This document shows positions 7,606-16,800 of a stretch of DNA of 32,000 nt, one piece after another. The stretch's first letter is position 1, and each line of letters opens with the position of its first letter. Both the position numbers and the translations under genes were made by a program. Source of the stretch: Pannus brasiliensis CCIBt3594 (GTDB taxonomy: Bacteria > Cyanobacteriota > Cyanobacteriia > Cyanobacteriales > Microcystaceae); the NCBI RefSeq assembly GCF_036688125.1, contig NZ_JBAFSM010000008.1, forward strand, positions 17,824 through 49,823. Reading direction: 5' to 3'. Below the pieces are notes generated by a model. That model was not told where the DNA came from. It saw only the letters and a list, made by a program, of their open reading frames with translations, and ran no database searches.

Positions 7606-9729
7606 CCGATGACCGATTTACCATCCCGCTCGTGTTTTTTTTCTCTGGCTGATTTTTTGGATTCGGGCGCGATCGATCGGGGGAAGAATTCTCCGAGGGA
7701 TGGCAACGGGAACGCCGTTCGACCGGGAAACGAAAGCTTCGGGGAACCCGCCCATCAGAACGAGGTACAACTGCGCTATCTACTCGAAAACACGAGAGAG
7801 GGGTTAGTGATTCTCGACGCGATCGGGACGGTGCTGTTCGTGAACCCCGCCGCGGAACGGTTATTCCGTCGTCCGGCGGATACGCTCGTCGGTGAGAACC
7901 TGGGTATCCCGATCGCCATCGACGAGTTTAGCGAGGTGGAGATCCCCCACCCGGACGGCAGTTTGAAACGGGTCAGCTTGCGCGCGCTGGAATTTTCCTG
8001 GGAGGGACGGGCCGCCTATCTCGCCTTTCTTCAGGATATCACCGATCTCAAGCGAGCGGAAGAACTCGTCAAAATTCTCTATCGAGCCGTGGAACAGAGT
8101 CCCGCCGCGATCGTGATCACCGACGCGCGCGGCCGGATCGAGTACGCCAACTCGAAATACGAGAAACTGACCGGTTACACGACGGCGGAAACGATCGGGG
8201 CGGAAGCGGGTTATCGGCAGTACCTGGAAATGCCGGGCGAACTGTATCGGGATTTACAGGAGGCGATCGCCCGCGGCCGGGAGTGGTCGGGCGAGTTTCT
8301 CAACCGGAAAAAAAACGGCGAGCGATTTTGGGAGAGGGTTTCCATCGCGCCGATCCTCGATGAAACGGGACGGGCCACCCATTTCGTCGCCGTGAAAGAG
8401 GATATTAGCGAGCGCAAACAGCAGGAAGCGCTCCTCTGCTATCAGGCCAACCACGACACCCTAACGAACCTACCGAATCGCTCTCTGGCGCTCGATCGAT
8501 TGCAACAGGCCATCGCCCGGGCGAAACGGCATAACCAGCGGGTCGGCCTGCTGTTTATCGATCTCGATCATTTTAAAGATGTCAACGATACCCTCGGTCA
8601 CGAGTACGGCGATCGACTCCTGCAAGAGGTAGCCGCGCGTCTCGTCGGTTGTCTGCGCGATAGTGACACGGTGGCCCGGTTGGGGGGCGATGAATTTCTC
8701 GTCATTCTCCCGGAATTGGACCGGCCCGATCGCTGTGAACCGATCGCCGGGAAGATTCTCTCCTCGCTGGAAATTCCCTTCGAGCTTTCCGGGGAGGAGG
8801 TGTTTATTTCCGCGAGTATCGGCTGTACGGTATATCCCGACGATGCCGAGGATATCAGTTCCCTCCTGCGGAACGCCGATATCGCCATGTACGGCATTAA
8901 ACGGGACGGCCGGGACGGTTTTAAGTATTACACGCCCGATATGAACGAGAAGGCGATGTTCCGGGTGAATTTAGCCTATCACCTCCGGCACGCGCTCGAT
9001 CGCTCGGAAATTTCCATCGCCTATCAACCGGTGGTCGAGTTACGATCGGGGCGGCCGGTCGGGGCGGAAGCGTTAATGCGCTGGGATCATCCGGAGTACG
9101 GCCGGGTTTCCCCGGCGAGGTTTATTCCCATCGCCGAAGAAACGGGATCGATCGAGCGTCTCGGCGCCTGGATCTTGGAAGGGGCCTGTCGGGAGGCGGC
9201 CGGATGGCACCGCTCGGGCTACCCGTTATCGGTGGCGGTCAATCTCTCGCCGCGTCAACTGCGCGATAGCGCTTTTCTCGATAAGCTCGTCCGCTCGATC
9301 GGCGCGAGCGGGTTGAATTTGGGGTTTCTAGAGTTGGAAATGACCGAGGCGTTACTGATCGAGGACGTGCCGCGGGCCCTGCCGATCCTCGATCGCCTGC
9401 GGAAGATGGGGATCGGTTTGAGTGTCGATGATTTCGGGACGGGGTATTCCGCGTTGAGTTATCTACGCGATTTCCGGTTCACCTGTTTGAAGATCGATCG
9501 CTCGTTTATCCGCGACCTTCCCGCGCAACCGGAGGCCGGAACCCTGGCGAAAACGATCGTGGCCATGGCCCGGGGATTGGGATTGCGGACGATCGCCGAG
9601 GGGGTGGAAACGCGCGAACAGATGGAATTTCTTCTCGATATCGGTTGCGATCGGGGGCAGGGATATTACTTCAGCCCGCCGCTGACCGCGGGGGAGTTCC
9701 GCCAGTATCTCGCTCTCCATCACCGTTAA
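7606..9729 (+). CDS. PAS-PAS-GGDEF-EAL signalling protein (diguanylate cyclase / phosphodiesterase)
   Basis: Two PAS-like segments are followed by an intact GGDEF (ARLGGDEFLVIL) and EAL motifs (GAEALMRW, DDFGTGYS, QGYYFSPP). The start is uncertain. The ORF-track start is 7438, but 7438-7605 looks non-coding and structured, so I prefer the Met at 7606. Confidence 0.88.
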   Translation, partial: PMTDLPSRSCFFSLADFLDSGAIDRGKNSPRDGNGNAVRPGNESFGEPAHQNEVQLRYLLENTREGLVILDAIGTVLFVNPAAERLFRRPADTLVGENLGIPIAIDEFSEVEIPHPDGSLKRVSLRALEFSWEGRAAYLAFLQDITDLKRAEELVKILYRAVEQSPAAIVITDARGRIEYANSKYEKLTGYTTAETIGAEAGYRQYLEMPGELYRDLQEAIARGREWSGEFLNRKKNGERFWERVSIAPILDETGRATHFVAVKEDISERKQQEALLCYQANHDTLTNLPNRSLALDRLQQAIARAKRHNQRVGLLFIDLDHFKDVNDTLGHEYGDRLLQEVAARLVGCLRDSDTVARLGGDEFLVILPELDRPDRCEPIAGKILSSLEIPFELSGEEVFISASIGCTVYPDDAEDISSLLRNADIAMYGIKRDGRDGFKYYTPDMNEKAMFRVNLAYHLRHALDRSEISIAYQPVVELRSGRPVGAEALMRWDHPEYGRVSPARFIPIAEETGSIERLGAWILEGACREAAGWHRSGYPLSVAVNLSPRQLRDSAFLDKLVRSIGASGLNLGFLELEMTEALLIEDVPRALPILDRLRKMGIGLSVDDFGTGYSALSYLRDFRFTCLKIDRSFIRDLPAQPEAGTLAKTIVAMARGLGLRTIAEGVETREQMEFLLDIGCDRGQGYYFSPPLTAGEFRQYLALHHR

Positions 9730-10166
9730 GGTTGTCGTTCCAGGATCGCTTCGAGCGTACTACTGAGATAATGACCGTTCAAGGTTCCGCCCGTCAGGTG
9801 GTAGGTATTGTGATTTAACCGATAGAAAGTCTCGAAACCACTGCGACGACGATCGGCGAGTACCCAATAGCGTTGCACGATCGTGTCGGTGCCGATCCAG
9901 CCTTCCCCCTCGATCTGTCCGAAATCGCTGTGTTGTAGGACGAAGCTGTACTCCCGTTCTTCATTGCCGAGACGACCGCGATATTGAAAGGAAATTTCTT
10001 CTTTTTCCCCGTCGAGAAAAATAAGCTTACTAACAATGCTGAACCAATTATCGTTGCCCCAGGCGATCAGGAGACGACCTTTGACCGGGATCGGCATTTG
10101 ATTTCGTTCTAGCCAAGTTCCCTCGATCGTCCAGCGCCCGGCTTCTAATAGAAAGGTATGATCCAA
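9726..10166 (-). CDS. hypothetical protein (146 aa)
   Basis: Clean ORF with globular composition and no recognised domain. Its stop overlaps the stop of the convergent GGDEF-EAL gene within TTAA. Confidence 0.6.
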   Translation of the reverse strand: MDHTFLLEAGRWTIEGTWLERNQMPIPVKGRLLIAWGNDNWFSIVSKLIFLDGEKEEISFQYRGRLGNEEREYSFVLQHSDFGQIEGEGWIGTDTIVQRYWVLADRRRSGFETFYRLNHNTYHLTGGTLNGHYLSSTLEAILERQP

Positions 10167-10432
10167 TGTGATAACCCTTTAGATCTCGATAGTAGTACCC
10201 CGTCCCGCGCCCCAATACTTCTCGGATAACGCCATTCACTCGTTCACAAGAATACTGAAACCCTCGCAATTTCGTGGGCGAGAAACTCCAGGAAATCCTT
10301 AACCGAGAGGTATTGTCCCGCGCCCTACCGATCTATTCTACCCTACCCGCTTCGCGTATCCCGCCGTCGGGTTCGATAAGATAGTCCCGACAAGGCACGC
10401 GAGGGAAAGATCGGGAAATGTTCCGGGATCTC

Positions 10433-11668
10433 TTAACAATACCGGCCGAGTAATTGCTGGAATTTTCCCAGAGAGGGGGAACGCTCGACAATTTCCGAGG
10501 CCCCGGAAATTTTCGCCCGAATCCGATCGCTCAAGCCGACCCGATCGCTAAAGATCAGGATGGGGGTTTTTTGGAAGGCGGAAAGTTGTCGCAGGGCCTT
10601 GCAGATCGTGTAACCATCGGTGTAGAGGAGCCGCGAACCGAGACAGATCAGATCGGGTTCGCGCTCGACGAACACGGAGATCGCTTGCAGTCCGTCGCGC
10701 ACGGTAAGGTAACGATGCCCGGAGGAGGCGATCATTTCCGCCATCCGTTGACAGACCCGCGGATCTTCGTCCCCGTAGGCGATCATCAGCGCGCGCGGTT
10801 CTCGGGAGAGCGCCGGCGGCAAAATATCGATCGGGGCCGGAAAGTCATCGATCGAAACGAGTTCGATCAGTCCTAACTGCACGTACATCAACAGGGAACG
10901 GGTCAGGGCGATCAGATCCTGATCGAGGTGAACCGATAGATCGCGGAGGCTGTATTGCCCGGTAAAGTTTTTCCGGAAGATCTCGAAGGTAGACGGGGCG
11001 ACCCGTTCGGCCAGTTCGGAAAAATCCCGGACGATCGGCGCCCGGTCGGGGGAGCGATCGGCCAGTTTCGCGTTCTGCCAGTCCTGCCATTGTTTCCAGG
11101 AGTTGGCGATCGCCGCCTCGGCGGAGATGACCGTCAGGGGAACGAAACCGTCCATCCGCTCGGCCTCGCCCCGCCAACTCACCCGGCCGGCCCGGGTCAG
11201 ATCGAAGAGAATTTCCTCGATATGGGAGCGGATGATCCCGGTCAGTTGTTCGAGGGTGATTTTCCGTTGTTTCGCCCAGGACACTAATACTTGATATTCC
11301 CAGGAAATCGGGGAATCCGTCTCGACAACGCTCATTAATCCCTGACGGAAAGTTTCGGGATCTTGCAGGATATGGGGACAGTAGACCGTTAGGGATCTCT
11401 GCCAGCGTCGGACCGGGTGCGAGCCGCCCGTGGCGTACACGAGGCGACCGAGGTAGAAATACAAGACCGACTCGACTCCCTGCCGATCGCTCAGGAATAA
11501 ACGACCGGTAAATTCTCGCTCGCGGGTTTTCCTGAAAAGCTCGGCTTGTTGGAGAGCGGAAAACTCGGGAAATTCGTCGCGATCGGGGTAGGGAAAGGGA
11601 GAATTAGAAGACACTAGCCGCTTGAGAGAGGGAGGGGGAACGATCGATTTCAAGACGGTTTCTACCAT
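10433..11668 (-). CDS. PatA-type regulator: N-terminal PATAN (DUF4388)-like domain plus degenerate C-terminal receiver
   Basis: Has the PATAN-like signature FTGRLFL...LYFYLGRLVYATGGSHPVRRWQRSL. The C-terminal 120 aa are receiver-like, but Gly replaces the phospho-acceptor Asp (PDLICLGSRL). Confidence 0.75.
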   Translation of the reverse strand: MVETVLKSIVPPPSLKRLVSSNSPFPYPDRDEFPEFSALQQAELFRKTREREFTGRLFLSDRQGVESVLYFYLGRLVYATGGSHPVRRWQRSLTVYCPHILQDPETFRQGLMSVVETDSPISWEYQVLVSWAKQRKITLEQLTGIIRSHIEEILFDLTRAGRVSWRGEAERMDGFVPLTVISAEAAIANSWKQWQDWQNAKLADRSPDRAPIVRDFSELAERVAPSTFEIFRKNFTGQYSLRDLSVHLDQDLIALTRSLLMYVQLGLIELVSIDDFPAPIDILPPALSREPRALMIAYGDEDPRVCQRMAEMIASSGHRYLTVRDGLQAISVFVEREPDLICLGSRLLYTDGYTICKALRQLSAFQKTPILIFSDRVGLSDRIRAKISGASEIVERSPSLGKFQQLLGRYC

Positions 11669-11774
11669 GAGGGAGGATTGCAGACAATTCGAGCCATCTT
11701 AAGGATCGCGTAACCTCCGGGGGGATTTTGTGATCGCGATCGGCAACGGGGGTGATCGTGATCGAGCGGAGCGA

Positions 11775-12296
11775 TCATCTCGATCGACGGGAATCCCGGG
11801 CGCGCGATAGTAGGTGTAAACTCGCGAAATAGGTGACGAGCGCGCAGATCGTCCCGCTCGCGAGACATCCGAACAGCAGTGTCCGGAGCGCCTCTCCTCC
11901 CAAACTCGTCCAATGCTCCAGCCAACTGTCGCTAGACTGGAAGATAGTCCGATCGCGCTCGGGATTCCAGCGACCCAAAATCAACTCGCCCACTTTATAG
12001 TTAAACAGAAAAATCGGCACGTCGGTTAAGGGATTACTGATCCAGGTGGCCGCGGCCGCCGCGAGTTTGTTGCCGCGAACGACGATCGCCAGGAAAATCG
12101 CGATGGCGATCTGTAACCCGAACCAGGGAAAAAAGCCGGAAAAGACCCCGACCGCCAGACCGCGGGCGATCTCGATCGGGTGTCCCTGTAACCGCGTCAG
12201 GCGAAAATACCAGTAGCGGAGGAAACGGGGGAATCCGAGAGCGGCGCGTTTTTTCCGGGAACGGCGCGACGCGCGCGAGCGTGTTTTCTCGACCAT
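11775..12296 (-). CDS. DUF2062-family membrane protein
   Basis: 173-aa ORF with a basic N-terminus, then GHPIEIARGLAVGVFSGFFPWFGLQIAIAIFLA and WISNPLT. This matches my recollection of DUF2062. Confidence 0.7.
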   Translation of the reverse strand: MVEKTRSRASRRSRKKRAALGFPRFLRYWYFRLTRLQGHPIEIARGLAVGVFSGFFPWFGLQIAIAIFLAIVVRGNKLAAAAATWISNPLTDVPIFLFNYKVGELILGRWNPERDRTIFQSSDSWLEHWTSLGGEALRTLLFGCLASGTICALVTYFASLHLLSRARDSRRSR

Positions 12297-12350
12297 AAAC
12301 GATATCGATAACGGATATCGCTTATTATCCTAGCAAGGAGTCCATCAGAA

Positions 12351-13721
12351 ATGCTCAACACGGCAGATACGATAGCGGCCATCGCCACGGCGATCGTACC
12401 CGAGACGGGCAGTATCGGCATCGTCCGTCTGTCGGGCGCCTCGTCGATCGCCATCGCCCGTACCCTCTTCGACGCGCCGCGACAAACCTGGGAGAGTCAC
12501 CGCGTCCTCTACGGTCACGTTCGCGACCCGCGCACCGGCGAGGCGATCGACGAGGCGCTTCTATTACTCATGCTCGCCCCGCGTTCTTTTACCCGCGAGG
12601 ATGTGGTCGAGTTTCACTGTCACGGGGGCATGATCCCGGTGCAGAGGGTGTTACAACTCTGTCTGGAAAACGGGGCGCGCTTAGCCGATCCGGGCGAATT
12701 CACCCTACGCGCTTTCCTCAACGGACGGATCGACCTGACCCGGGCCGAGAGCGTGGCCGATCTGGTCGGGGCGCGTTCGGTGCAGGCCGCGCGGGTCGCC
12801 CTCGCCGGATTACAGGGGAAACTCGCGGAACCGATCCGACAATCGCGATCGACCTGTCTCGATATTCTGGCCGAGATCGAGGCGCGGATCGATTTCGAGG
12901 AGGATTTACCACCTCTCGATGAAAGCGCGATCTCCTCTAGCATAGATCGGATTTTCTGTCAAGTAAAAGAGATTCTCGCCACGAGCGATCGGGGCGAATT
13001 GCTCCGGAGTGGCTTGAAAGTGGCGATCGTCGGTCGTCCCAACGTGGGGAAATCGAGTTTACTGAACGCGTGGAGTCGGAGCGATCGGGCGATCGTCACC
13101 GATTTACCCGGCACGACGCGGGACGTGGTAGAATCGCGGCTAGTGGTGGGCGGAATTCCCGTACAGGTACTGGATACGGCGGGAATTCGCGAGTCCGGTG
13201 ACACGGTGGAGCGGATCGGCGTGGAGCGTTCCCGACAGGCGGCGCGGGACGCGGATCTAGTGCTATTCACCGTTTCCGCGGCGGAGGGTTGGACGACAGC
13301 CGACGCGGAGATTTACCGGCAAGTGTCCGAACGTCCCCTCATTTTAGTCATTAATAAAATCGATCTCGCGCCCGCCGATCGAGTGGTGTACCCTAGACAG
13401 ATAGAACGGGTCGTCCCTTTAGCCGCCGCCCGAAATCAGGGGATCGAGAAACTAGAAAAGGCGATTCTCGACAGCGCGGGAGGCAATGAAATCAGCGCGG
13501 CGAATCTGGATCTGGCGATCAACCAACGTCAGGCCGCGGCGTTAACCCGCGCGAAACAGTCCTTAGAACAGGTACGGGAGACGATCGAACGGGGTTTACC
13601 GCTCGATTTCTGGTCGATCGATCTGCGCGCCGCGATCGGCGCGTTAGGGGAGATCACCGGGGAGGAGGTGACGGAATCGGTACTCGATCGCATTTTCAGC
13701 CGTTTCTGTATCGGGAAGTGA
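12351..13721 (+). CDS. mnmE: tRNA uridine-5-carboxymethylaminomethyl modification GTPase MnmE
   Basis: Starts with DTIAAIATA and has the G-domain motifs [15 protein letters not shown] and NKIDL. It ends in the C-terminal CIGK motif. Length is 456 aa. Confidence 0.93.
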   Translation: MLNTADTIAAIATAIVPETGSIGIVRLSGASSIAIARTLFDAPRQTWESHRVLYGHVRDPRTGEAIDEALLLLMLAPRSFTREDVVEFHCHGGMIPVQRVLQLCLENGARLADPGEFTLRAFLNGRIDLTRAESVADLVGARSVQAARVALAGLQGKLAEPIRQSRSTCLDILAEIEARIDFEEDLPPLDESAISSSIDRIFCQVKEILATSDRGELLRSGLKVAIVGRPNVGKSSLLNAWSRSDRAIVTDLPGTTRDVVESRLVVGGIPVQVLDTAGIRESGDTVERIGVERSRQAARDADLVLFTVSAAEGWTTADAEIYRQVSERPLILVINKIDLAPADRVVYPRQIERVVPLAAARNQGIEKLEKAILDSAGGNEISAANLDLAINQRQAAALTRAKQSLEQVRETIERGLPLDFWSIDLRAAIGALGEITGEEVTESVLDRIFSRFCIGK

Positions 13722-13736
13722 CAGAAATCGATCGCC

Positions 13737-14408
13737 TTAAACCGAGATATGAATCTGACTCAGGATGTAGCGGAGTCGATCGTAATCATCTTTTAACAGA
13801 ACGCTTAACTGTCTCCCGACGTTCACCAGCCACTGTCGATCGGCTTTTCGCAATTGATAGATCTCCCGGATAGACGCGGCCGCGAGGGCTTCCACCGGCG
13901 TATTTTTCACCTGTAATAAAATCCGTAAAAAATCCAATCGCTCGCTAAAATTTACCACCTCGATCGGATCGCATTGATAGACCGCCTGATGGATCTGCGG
14001 GGGACGGGGAGGGAGGTACTGATAAATATATCCCCCGATCGCACCGTTGCCGTTACGGGAATCGGGAGTCTCGAAACCCACGATCGTCGATCGAAATTCC
14101 GTCTTCAACATGGCAAAAATCTGCGGCTGTTGTTCCCGCAATTCCGCCAGCGATAGCCCCAAAGCCCGCGCCCGGTGTACCGAATCGATCGGCGCGGTCG
14201 TCGCGAAAGTAACGATCCCGAAGACTTTATTCCCCGTTTCCTCGTCGTAGGCTTTCACCCAACTACCGAACGGGGGCATAAAGGGAAAATTCAAATCCTC
14301 CGGTTCCAAACACTGGGCGAGAAATTCCGTCGTGGCCGTCTCGATCACCTCGGCGATGTGATCGGGATGGCGACCATCGGTATCGAATCGGGGTAGGGGA
14401 AGACGCAT
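13737..14408 (-). CDS. conserved hypothetical protein (223 aa)
   Basis: Clean ORF with globular composition. I cannot assign a domain with confidence. Confidence 0.6.
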   Translation of the reverse strand: MRLPLPRFDTDGRHPDHIAEVIETATTEFLAQCLEPEDLNFPFMPPFGSWVKAYDEETGNKVFGIVTFATTAPIDSVHRARALGLSLAELREQQPQIFAMLKTEFRSTIVGFETPDSRNGNGAIGGYIYQYLPPRPPQIHQAVYQCDPIEVVNFSERLDFLRILLQVKNTPVEALAAASIREIYQLRKADRQWLVNVGRQLSVLLKDDYDRLRYILSQIHISV

Positions 14409-14429
14409 TTTTCAAGAGGCAGACCGTAG

Positions 14430-14455
14430 GGTGGGTTACGCTTCGCTAACCCACC
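14430..14455. repeat. REP-like perfect hairpin GGTGGGTTA-N8-TAACCCACC
   Basis: A 9-bp perfect stem (14430-14438 and 14447-14455) lies between ndhS and the next minus-strand gene. No adjacent T-tract is present, so it is not a canonical intrinsic terminator. Confidence 0.7.
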
Positions 14456-14482
14456 GAGAACATTTATAACGGCTAAAAAAGG

Positions 14483-14671
14483 TTATTTTTTGCCTTTCGC
14501 GAGGACGACTTCTTCGAGTTCCGAGAGGTTAAAGGTGATCAGCTTATCCCAGTTTCCCCCCTCGAACAGGACGGCGACTTTTCCATCGCTCACTCTCTGC
14601 ACGATGCCCTCGAACTTGTAATAGGTGTCGTCCGGATTGGTGACGCGAACGGTACTGCCGGGTAGAATCAT
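14483..14671 (-). CDS. ndhS: NDH-1 complex subunit S (SH3-like fold)
   Basis: The 62-aa sequence [47 protein letters not shown] matches my recollection of cyanobacterial NdhS (Ssl0352-type). Confidence 0.7.
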   Translation of the reverse strand: MILPGSTVRVTNPDDTYYKFEGIVQRVSDGKVAVLFEGGNWDKLITFNLSELEEVVLAKGKK

Positions 14672-14895
14672 AGCTTTCTCGCGGGAATGGTGGAAAATGA
14701 CTTTACTTAGATTAGCAGAAAAGTCTCGATCGATATACGGTCAGCCGGTTTTCACGGTTGGTAAAATCAAAAAAACACGGGAGGGACGGTAATTGTAGAG
14801 TGCGCTCAAGAATCTTCAAAAGTACGAAATGTTCCGAAACTCTTTTCGGCGAGTTCGATCGAGTATCAAGAATCGCTGAAATCAAGTAACAAATC

Positions 14896-15303
14896 ATGCC
14901 AACAAAAGGAGCGGTTAGCGGAAGATTATTCGATCCATCACGAGCGGGAGGAAAGATTCTTAAATTATCCTATCTGAAAGTAACCATCACTTCTAGAGGG
15001 GTTGATTTAGTTGAATCGCACGTCCGCCGATTTAACCCAGTCGGTCAAGCGGAGATTAGAATGGTAGATAGATTGAGAAATATCGCTCAAGGCCGATTGA
15101 AACCAGAACCGGTCGATTTAAGATTTTATACTCATGAACTTCGGGAGTACATTAGATATAAAAAACTAGGGTATTCCACCGGACAACCACCAGATCCCGA
15201 TCTCGCTTACGAACTGTGGAATAACGCTCATACAGCAACCCTTGAAGATTATAGTTTGAAAGAAGGTTTCGGTGTTTTATTTCATCCCAGTGTGGAGGAT
15301 TAA
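14896..15303 (+). CDS. hypothetical protein, 135 aa (first gene of AT-richer cassette; possible toxin-like module)
   Basis: The ORF has an in-frame stop 9 nt upstream of the ATG. It is visibly lower in GC and contains no CGATCG, unlike the flanking genes. The motif FYTHELREY...WNNAHTATLEDY is unassigned. Confidence 0.6.
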   Translation: MPTKGAVSGRLFDPSRAGGKILKLSYLKVTITSRGVDLVESHVRRFNPVGQAEIRMVDRLRNIAQGRLKPEPVDLRFYTHELREYIRYKKLGYSTGQPPDPDLAYELWNNAHTATLEDYSLKEGFGVLFHPSVED

Positions 15304-15305
15304 TC

Positions 15306-15554
15306 ATGAGAGAGATAATACAATTAACCCAACTAGAATTAGTGCTTCTCCAGTTAATTGATAAAGGAAAAGGACAATGGAGTTGGTACGAGATCGCTAA
15401 CGCGCTTTCTCGCCAAGAGGTTCCTAGAGAACCCGATATGATGACGGTCTTAAAAAATCTCGCCCGTCAGGGATTCGTGAAACGGTATGTAGAACCGGGA
15501 TCGCCGCGCGATCGCTGGGAATTAACCCCCGAAGGCGAGTTATTGTTACAATAG
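15306..15554 (+). CDS. small winged-helix-like protein, 82 aa (second gene of cassette; possible antitoxin/immunity/regulator)
   Basis: The ATG lies 2 nt after the upstream stop, with a GGAGGA Shine-Dalgarno sequence inside the end of the upstream gene. The MarR/ArsR-like wHTH pattern is LTQLELVLLQLI...WYEIANAL...VLKNLARQGFVKR...WELTPEGE. Confidence 0.6.
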   Translation: MREIIQLTQLELVLLQLIDKGKGQWSWYEIANALSRQEVPREPDMMTVLKNLARQGFVKRYVEPGSPRDRWELTPEGELLLQ

Positions 15555-15568
15555 CCCGCCACGTCACC

Positions 15569-16747
15569 CTACAATTTCTCCCGCGGTGGGGGGGTGATAT
15601 TCCAGCGAATTAAAAAGCGATCGATCCCCCGCAGACACTCCAAATCCTCGTCCGGTAACGTGCTTCCCGTTTTCTCCAGAAAGGAAAAAGCCTGTCGGAA
15701 TTGATACGCATCCGTCTCGATCGAACCCTCGAAATGACAGGGAATCACCCGTTTTATCTCCCAACTCGCCACCCGATCGACCCATTGTAGAACCACTTCC
15801 GGGGAACGATTTAAAATTAACGTTTGCAGGATCGGCGCGACTAATAAACGTCCCCCACCGCGGAGGGTTTCAAACGTATCCCGCCACCCGGCGCGCCATT
15901 GAAAGGGAAATAATCCGAAATAGCCTTTTCGAGAGCGATCGCTCGCCGTCCGCGCTTCCCGGAACACTTTCCCCCATCGCAGCACTTCTAACGCCGGGGG
16001 CTGAAAATACAGGGCGAAAAGACAAATTCTCTGCCATCCTTTCCGACGATTTTTCGGGCTATCGAGAATCGGATCGTCCGCGCTATCTCTCGCGTGAAAC
16101 AACAACGGATAGGGATCGACACGGACGATTTCCGGCGGATCTTCCGGGACGGAAACGATCGAATCCGTCACCAATAAAGTATTCGAGGCGCGATGGAAAA
16201 AAGCCACTTCCGAGAAGCCCGGCCCGTTGAGATCGATTCCTCTCAGGATCTCGTAATCGAATTCCCGATGTAACGGTGTGGTAGCGACATCTTGCGGCAG
16301 AATCTCGGTACGTCGCGCCGGTAAACCCAACCAACTCGAGGGTAGATTGAGGGGAAAACTCCATTGATCCGGGGCGACATAAACGGTCGCGCTCGGAAAA
16401 CGACGGGCGAAGGGGCCGACAAAAACCTTATGTTCGATCCCCGAGATGGTGGGGAGGATAATATACTTGACCTCGCCGTATCGCGCTTCTAACTCCCGGA
16501 CGAGGGCGATACATTGATTCGTGGGGGCGACCGGCGCGTAGACGAGTAATCCCCCGGATTCCAACCGGATCACCGTCATCCGGATCGGCACGACCACGTA
16601 GAAAATACCCTGGATTTGGTCGAACGTCCAGATCGTATCTTTCACCACTTCCCGGCGAATTGTCCACCGCCTGCCATAGGGATAAAGTGGTACGATCGGC
16701 CAGTAAGGCCAGGATAAATCTTGAGGACGAACACCCGTCTGGTTCAT
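15569..16747 (-). CDS. DUF4336-family protein (metallo-beta-lactamase-like fold)
   Basis: 392-aa ORF. The N-terminal WPYWPIVPLYPYGRRWTIRREVV..IWTFDQ...VVVPIRMTVIRL pattern matches my recollection of DUF4336. Confidence 0.7.
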   Translation of the reverse strand: MNQTGVRPQDLSWPYWPIVPLYPYGRRWTIRREVVKDTIWTFDQIQGIFYVVVPIRMTVIRLESGGLLVYAPVAPTNQCIALVRELEARYGEVKYIILPTISGIEHKVFVGPFARRFPSATVYVAPDQWSFPLNLPSSWLGLPARRTEILPQDVATTPLHREFDYEILRGIDLNGPGFSEVAFFHRASNTLLVTDSIVSVPEDPPEIVRVDPYPLLFHARDSADDPILDSPKNRRKGWQRICLFALYFQPPALEVLRWGKVFREARTASDRSRKGYFGLFPFQWRAGWRDTFETLRGGGRLLVAPILQTLILNRSPEVVLQWVDRVASWEIKRVIPCHFEGSIETDAYQFRQAFSFLEKTGSTLPDEDLECLRGIDRFLIRWNITPPPREKL

Positions 16748-16800
16748 TTAGCCCGTGCTAATTCGTTCATTGTAGTTATCATAAAGCCCCCGCGATACCG

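Noticed and set aside
9726-9729. Overlapping stop codons of convergent genes within the palindrome TTAA
   Set aside because: This is real but trivial. It is a common consequence of tight convergent packing and not evidence of regulation.
12197-12454. 85-aa minus-strand ORF spanning the DUF2062/mnmE divergent region
   Set aside because: It overlaps the starts of both well-supported genes and has no independent support.
14475-14491. A-run/T-run palindromes AAAAAAGGTTATTTTTT (14475-14491) and A8-GGAGTTA-T6 (30267-30287) as bidirectional terminators
   Set aside because: The stems would be A-T only and therefore very weak. The first overlaps the Lys-rich C-terminal codons and the stop of ndhS. 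This is insufficient evidence for a terminator.
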